Below, in pieces: positions 56,047 to 64,000 of a stretch of DNA of 64,000 nt. The DNA is from Octopus vulgaris. Lineage: Eukaryota. The stretch covers positions 69,130,001-69,194,000 of the forward strand of contig OX597824.1 in the NCBI GenBank assembly GCA_951406725.2, read 5' to 3'. The position numbers were made by a program, and so were the translations under genes. Position 1 is the stretch's first letter. Each line of letters opens with the position of its first letter. The notes under the pieces are model-generated. The model searched no databases, was not told the origin of the DNA, and saw nothing but the letters and a program-made list of their open reading frames with translations.

Positions 56047-56907
56047 TGTGGTCTGATCACTGTATATCCGGACTGTTGCCATAGTAACAAAGCTAAATCA
56101 CGCAATGTAATCTCTGCTGTGTGCACTAAGTTGTAACATTCTAGCTCACTTCCGCGGTTTACATCAGTGCTTGGAAGGAAGGTGTGTAGCGTGTGATCGT
56201 TGTATTGCTATGACAGAAAAAGTTGTCACGACGACACCTGCTCAGAGGCTTACGCAAAGTTGCAGAAAATGTATGGAGAGAAGTGTAAAAGCCGCACACA
56301 AGTGTACAAGTGATTCAGACGTTTCAAAGATGGCCGATAAAATGTCGATATTGACGAACGTTCTGGGAGACCCGCAACCAGCAGAAGTGAGAGAAATATC
56401 GCAGATATGCGTGTAGCTATGATGGAAAATCGTCGAATCACTATCCGTGAGTTATCAGAGGATGTTCAGATTATTTACGGTTCAGTTCAGTCCATTATCA
56501 CTGGAGATTTGGGTATGAGACGCGTGTCTGCCAAGTTTGTGCCAAAACTGCTTTCAGCTGACCAAAAATACATCCTGGTTTCAATTGCACAAGATCTCCT
56601 TGATTGTGTCAAGAACAATCAAAAATATTGAAACCTATGCGTAACCCTCTGAGCAGTTATCGCCTAACTTTTAGCAAAATTTGATGCAGATTCTCAGCTC
56701 AACTTACTGTCAGGGTCAATGCGACGATCACACGCTACACACGTTCTTTCCAAACACTACTGTTCACAGCAGAAGCGAGCGAGAACGTCAAAATTTAGTG
56801 AGTATGTACAGTCAAGTTCAATATCAATCTGTGCCAAGCGACTTCACTCTGCGTGCTTCAGCTTCATTACTATGGCAACAATCCGGATACTTATTGATCA
56901 GACCACA
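56047..56907 (+). mobile_element. Internally deleted, fold-back mariner element
   Basis: TIRs TGTGGTCTGATCA...TATCCGGA.TGTTGCCATAGTAA at both ends, with TA duplication. Transposase N-terminus FKDGR..V..DERSGRP...NRRITIREL...LGMRRVSAKFVPKLL; no catalytic domain. Confidence 0.92.
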
Positions 56908-57054
56908 TACAAGCACACAAAAGACAATTTGGGTAACGATCAAATTTAAATATATACAAATTTTGAATAAAGTTTAATGTCAATGAAACAGCTGTTGAGC
57001 ATAATCACATTCTGAACTATATCTGAAATTTACGTTTATGCGATATATATATAT

Positions 57055-57266
57055 ATACATGTGACCGCGTGTGTATAGTTGTTGATTTTTTTCCCTCCGT
57101 CTTCCCTTCCTTGGATCTTTCCTTTTCCTATGTTTCTGACGAAGAGCTCCGTTCGAAACGTTAAAACCTCTTTCTTTCTTTCTTTTCCTGAGCGTCCAAT
57201 AGCACTATACTTGTTCCACGTCCTCGCGTTGTTGTGTTTTCTCTTTGTGTTTTCATGCTTGGATTA

Positions 57267-57270
<4 letters not shown>
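57055..57270 (+). mobile_element. Penelope-like 3' tail with hammerhead (57132-57167), in (TA)n
   Basis: GUUU-CUGACGA-A-GAGC-UCC-GUUC-GAAACGUU-AAAAC; the downstream TTCCTGAGCG motif is shared with 34002 and 19099. Confidence 0.75.
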
Positions 57271-57320
<50 letters not shown>

Positions 57321-57331
57321 AGTGTATATGC

Positions 57332-57441
<110 letters not shown>

Positions 57442-57460
57442 GTGTGTGTGTGTGTATATG

Positions 57461-57506
<46 letters not shown>

Positions 57507-57796
57507 CATACATACAAATATACATACACACACACGCATATATACACATATGCATATACATACATACAAGTTAGACAAAGCTGTACCCTAATTGATTTAG
57601 AGAGAAAAAGAGCGATCCAACAGTTTTGTATGCATTTTACATCTATATAATTTCATACGCAAATTTATGGGGGTGACATAGACAATAATGAAAAAGATAA
57701 TTGCACAAGAAACCATGACGGCAGCTCATGATTAAGGGACGAACTTGGTAACTGTTCGCCAAAGGGGTGTTCTTCAATATATGCAACTGCAATTCA

Positions 57797-57828
<32 letters not shown>

Positions 57829-58014
57829 ACATACACACAAAGACAGAAACACACCCACACGCATATATACATACATACATACATACATACATACATACAT
57901 ACATACATGCATAAATACATACATACATACATACATGCATACATAAATACATACGTACAAACATGCATACGAACATTCGTAAGAAAGCATATGGGTCTTT
58001 GAGCCTGTGTAGTA

Positions 58015-58065
<51 letters not shown>

Positions 58066-58071
58066 TGATAT

Positions 58072-58140
<69 letters not shown>

Positions 58141-58391
58141 CAGACAGATATATACTAGATATATGCATATGTATACACATAGATATAGTTATACACATAT
58201 ATATATATATGCATACACACACGCACACAGGGACAGGGTGTATGTAAGTGTGTGTGTATTCATATAGTGTACTGCACTGTCTTTAGATATATGTGTATGT
58301 TTTTATGCGGGCGCAGTTTTGTCTGTGAGTATCAAAATAATATCATGTATTTACTATGTATCTATATACATGTGCCTGGGGATATGCATAT

Positions 58392-58426
<35 letters not shown>

Positions 58427-58604
58427 CATGCTGTAATTATTCCTCTGAAAGTAATGAATACCCACCTACATACCGAAACTACACACAGTATTCGTATACA
58501 CTATTCTACGCAGTAAAGCTTCTGACCGCATACCTTCACACAATCACATAAAAGCACATACACACGTGGCCAAAAATACACAGACACATATATCTAAGTA
58601 TTAA

Positions 58605-58669
<65 letters not shown>

Positions 58670-59506
58670 CGCACGCTCACACACACTCACACATGTATGT
58701 TTATGTACGGACGTACGTACGTATGTCTATATATACAAGTCTTTATGTATATAAGAATTTTTATGTGTGTCTGAGAGTGTTATATTTGTGTACGTTTATC
58801 TATGTGTGTAAGTATATAGACAGCACCTATGCCCAAATGATTGAAAATCTGACCGTCATCCCCCGACATCTCGAGTTCGATCCCAGTGCACAGCATCTAG
58901 TTTAAGAATTTCTGTTTATTTTGCTCCTCATAACCCCGAGACGACTCAGTCCATGTATAAGAAACTGGTGCCGAAAGAAATTGCTTGTAGCTTTATTTCA
59001 AAGGTCTACCCTTCTCATACATATTTTTAATCTGTATCTCAGGGAGAGTTATATTCTGAGTAAAAAAATAAAATCTATGGAATACTCAGCCATTAAGAGT
59101 ATATTTAAGGGGTGCGGAGCGCTAATGATGTATATGTATCATAGACAGTGGAACGATTATATGAACACAAATGGTTACAAACTTCTCTCTGAGATTCTGT
59201 GTACGTGTGTGTCAGTGTGTTTTCGTCCATAATTATGTGATGCTATGTAATTCTGAAGATTAATGTGTAGAATTCTGTGTATGAATATTATATATCAGTT
59301 GTGGTGTGTAGAATAGATGGGTGCTCATTAAGTTCAAGGTACATACCTATAGGGAAAATTGTTTAAGTATGTATGTATTTATGTATGTATATAAGTATGT
59401 ATATATGTATGCATGCATGTATGTAAGTATGAATGTACGTACGTATCTATGTGTATGCATGTAAGTATGTATATATATACATACATATATATATATATAT
59501 ATATAG

Positions 59507-59545
<39 letters not shown>

Positions 59546-59786
59546 CATGTATATGTATCTATAGATATGTATACACACATATATACATATATATGTACGT
59601 GTATATATACTTATATATATTTGTGTCTGTGTTTGTCCGTTGATGTATGCATATGAATATACGTATACACAGAGAAAGGAAGATATATTACGAATAAGTA
59701 TGTATGTATGTACGCATGTATATATGTATGAATGTATCTATCTGTCTCTCTGTCTATCTATCTATTTAACTAGACATATGTATGTA

Positions 59787-59830
<44 letters not shown>

Positions 59831-59930
59831 ATAAACATATACATATATTATACATATATATACACATATATAAGCATGTGTATATATATATATATACTTA
59901 TACAAATTAATATATCTTTCTATCTATTTA

Positions 59931-59988
<58 letters not shown>

Positions 59989-60138
59989 TATATATATACA
60001 GACACACATTTACATATACGTACATACATATATATATATATACACACATACATAGTTACATGCAGATAAGTATATATATACATATATAGAGGTTTATTTA
60101 TGATTTGTGTCTTGTGTATTCATATATACATTCACATG

Positions 60139-60190
<52 letters not shown>

Positions 60191-60211
60191 CATACATACA
60201 TACATATATAC

Positions 60212-60259
<48 letters not shown>

Positions 60260-60264
60260 TTATG

Positions 60265-60297
<33 letters not shown>

Positions 60298-60649
60298 TTA
60301 TATATATATATATATATGCCCAAATCATGTACATATTCACATATGGATGTACGCATATATGTATATGCATAAAATAAGTAATTTCAACTTTCATTACATG
60401 CAATACCCAATTGCACATACATGGAGATATACCAGTGTGTATTTCTGGGTAAGGCCAAGTGTGTATATGTGGATATGCATGTCGGTGTATATATAAAAAG
60501 ATCAGACATAACCATGCTGAATCGGATATATATTTTTACATATCCTGTATCTTCACACAACACACAGAAACGTGCACACGTAAATAACATTACTATATAT
60601 ATATATATAGACATATATATATATATATATATATGTATATGTGTGTCTG

Positions 60650-60711
<62 letters not shown>

Positions 60712-60855
60712 TATACACACAGGCATACAGCGACGCATAGAGGCAATACATGAAAAGAGGAAGAGAGTAATGTATATAGAATATAGAAGCAGGAATAAAT
60801 GAACACCACCTAAGTTCCTCTAAAATTTCATCGAAGGGTTTTCATGTGTGTGTGC

Positions 60856-60893
<38 letters not shown>

Positions 60894-60929
60894 GTATCTC
60901 TCTATTTATATAGAAGTATAGTCCTAGAT

Positions 60930-60984
<55 letters not shown>

Positions 60985-61247
60985 TGTGTGAGTGCGTGAA
61001 TAAATACATATATATGTATGTATATATATGTATATCTGTATATATACACACACGCATATATATATAAATATATATATACTCATGTATGTATGTATATATG
61101 TATGTTTGTTTGTATGAATATAAAATACACTTAACGTACATGGATATATATATAAATATATTCGAATATTAGGCACATTATTCTACTTCCCTTCTACAGA
61201 AAAATGAATGAATAATGCATTTTCTTTTTCTAGTGTAATATTATAAA

Positions 61248-61305
<58 letters not shown>

Positions 61306-61524
61306 CTCTCACTCTCTCTCTCTCTTTCTCTTTCTCTCTCTCTCTCTCTATCTCTCTATGTATATATATATATATATAACACCATCCGTAAGTTTATTAA
61401 TAAGTGTTTGAATAATTCTGTGTTTATATATGTATTTATACTTGTTGGTATATATATATAATATATGTGTGTGTGTATAGATAGATAGATATACATGCAC
61501 CTATATGTATATATATCAATACAC

Positions 61525-61586
<62 letters not shown>

Positions 61587-61732
61587 CACACACACATATA
61601 TATATACATATATGTATATGTGTATTAGCGCACAGGAACGCGTTTAAACATTTTTCAATATTTTCAGTAAACAATATAATTGACAAATATTGTGTGTATA
61701 ATGTTCACATTTATATAATTCGAACACACGCG

Positions 61733-61775
<43 letters not shown>

Positions 61776-61843
61776 ACACACTCACAAACACATACACACA
61801 AACACAGACAGACACACGTACATGCATATATATATACATGTAT

Positions 61844-61881
<38 letters not shown>

Positions 61882-62166
61882 GTGTGTGTACGTATATATA
61901 CATGTATAACAGTACATGTAATCATCTATCTATGTATCTATTTATTTCTACCTATGTGTGTATATATATTTATATCTTTATCATTTTCACCACCACATGC
62001 GTCGAGTATAACCAGCAGAAATTGCAAGGATAATCTGGAACTCGACTGAGGAAAGAAAACTCCAAATGACCCATTCTTGTTTGCTTTGTATCGTCTACCT
62101 AGTTTTTTTGTTGTCCCTTTTTTTCTATAACCTGTTTGGATGTTTTGCGTCCTTGTCCTATTTTTA

Positions 62167-62203
<37 letters not shown>

Positions 62204-62280
62204 GTGTGTGTGTGTATGTATATATATATTTATATATATATATATACATAAACATGTATATATACACACATATATATATT

Positions 62281-62338
<58 letters not shown>

Positions 62339-63012
62339 TATGCATATGTTTGCACATACATGTATATTTATACACATATGTGTGTGTATATATATATATA
62401 TATAGATAGAGAGAGAGATATATAGATATAGATATAGATAGATATATATATAGATAGATAGATAGATAGTCATTCCCTTGTGTGTATATATATATACACA
62501 CATATAAATACATATATATATATGTATAAATATATATATATATATATATATGTTGATAGTATGCACGTGTGCGTGTTTGTGAGTGTGCGTGCGTCCTTGT
62601 GTATGTGTACATGTGTGTGTGAATGTATTTATACATAGCTATGTGCGCGTATACATGTGCAGCTCCTACCATATGAGAATATATGTATATACATATACAT
62701 GTATGTATGTTCTGCGCATCTTTGTGTTTGTGTCTTGTATTATTTTCACATGACGTGTCTTGAGGCGGCAACGTACGTATGTGGGAATGTAAAATAACAT
62801 TAGAAAATAAACAATTATAAAACAATAAAAAAAATATATGATTAGATAGGGCAATAGAGTGGTGCTTAGGTAGATGATGGTGGGCTGAGTGACTAAGTGA
62901 TGGGAAACCAAGATAGAGAAAAGAATGTTATTGAATGGATGATAAAAAAAAATGATAAACAAGAATCAGTGTGTGTACATATATCTATAGTTATATATAT
63001 ATATATCTGTAG

Positions 63013-63142
<130 letters not shown>

Positions 63143-63575
63143 TGTATATATATATATATGTATATATATATAGAGAGAGAGAGGGAGAGAGAAAGAGAGA
63201 GGGAGAGCGAGAGAGATTTAAATACATTGTATTTATGCGTGTATGTATATATCTATATATGTATATGTAATATATTTATATACACATACACATATATACA
63301 CATATATACATAAACATACACACATATATTCATAAATGGATGTATGCATACATACATATAGACATACATACATACACACATGTCTACATATATTCATATA
63401 TGTGTGTGTGTGTGTGTGTGTGTGTATACATATATACATATGTATGGACATATCTGTGTGTGTATACATACATATACATACATATACATACATATATATA
63501 TGTATATATATATATGCAGATCGATATGTAGGTAAATGGACAAACTGACAGACAGGTACATAGATAAATAGGCAA

Positions 63576-63619
<44 letters not shown>

Positions 63620-64000
63620 TCATTTATAGACATGTGTGGCATGCTTATTTATGTAGCCTGAGAGATACACAAGTAAGTATTCTAACATAGTGCATGCATG
63701 CATTCATATATAGATGCACTTCATACTTACGATAGAGAGCTAGAAATTAAGAAATATTGATAGATATGTTTATAGGCATAGATATATATATACATACATA
63801 CATACATACATACATACATACATACACACATAAATATATATATACATATATACACAAATACATACAGAGATAGTTCCCTACCTCTGTGAGACAGACAGAG
63901 AGGCAGACAGGTAGACAGACGTACACTCAGACACACAGACTGATTCCTAGGTAGCTTTAGATAGATTGCTACTTATCCATCTCTCCCTCCATCCACCCAT

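Overview
AT-rich eukaryotic non-coding DNA saturated with microsatellites ((TA)n, (CA)n, (TATG)n, (GATA)n, (TTA)n, (CTA)n). The SINE families and overall texture strongly suggest an octopus/cephalopod genome (inference from remembered repeat families, not a search). I find no supportable host gene, and almost all ORFs in the track are microsatellite translations. Real coding remnants are all transposon-derived: (1) a 5'-truncated but open Penelope-like element (RT + GIY-YIG, 31691-34083); (2) a near full-length, disrupted L1/Tx1-clade LINE (~45490-51262); (3) at least six 3' fragments of R4/Dong-clade REL-endonuclease retrotransposons, all on the minus strand and all in or beside (TTA)n arrays; (4) a decayed DD37D (maT) transposon, a fold-back mariner and two MITEs; (5) many tRNA-derived SINEs of at least three families. 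The most notable structure is an apparent partitioning of microsatellite niches. Penelope-type elements and short non-coding relatives carrying minimal type-I hammerhead ribozymes, each with a different palindromic stem-III loop, sit in (TA)n. R4/Dong fragments and an unexplained ~550-bp non-coding element sit in (TAA)n arrays that appear to be supplied partly by SINE tails. Coordinates of decayed elements are approximate and all alignments were done by eye.
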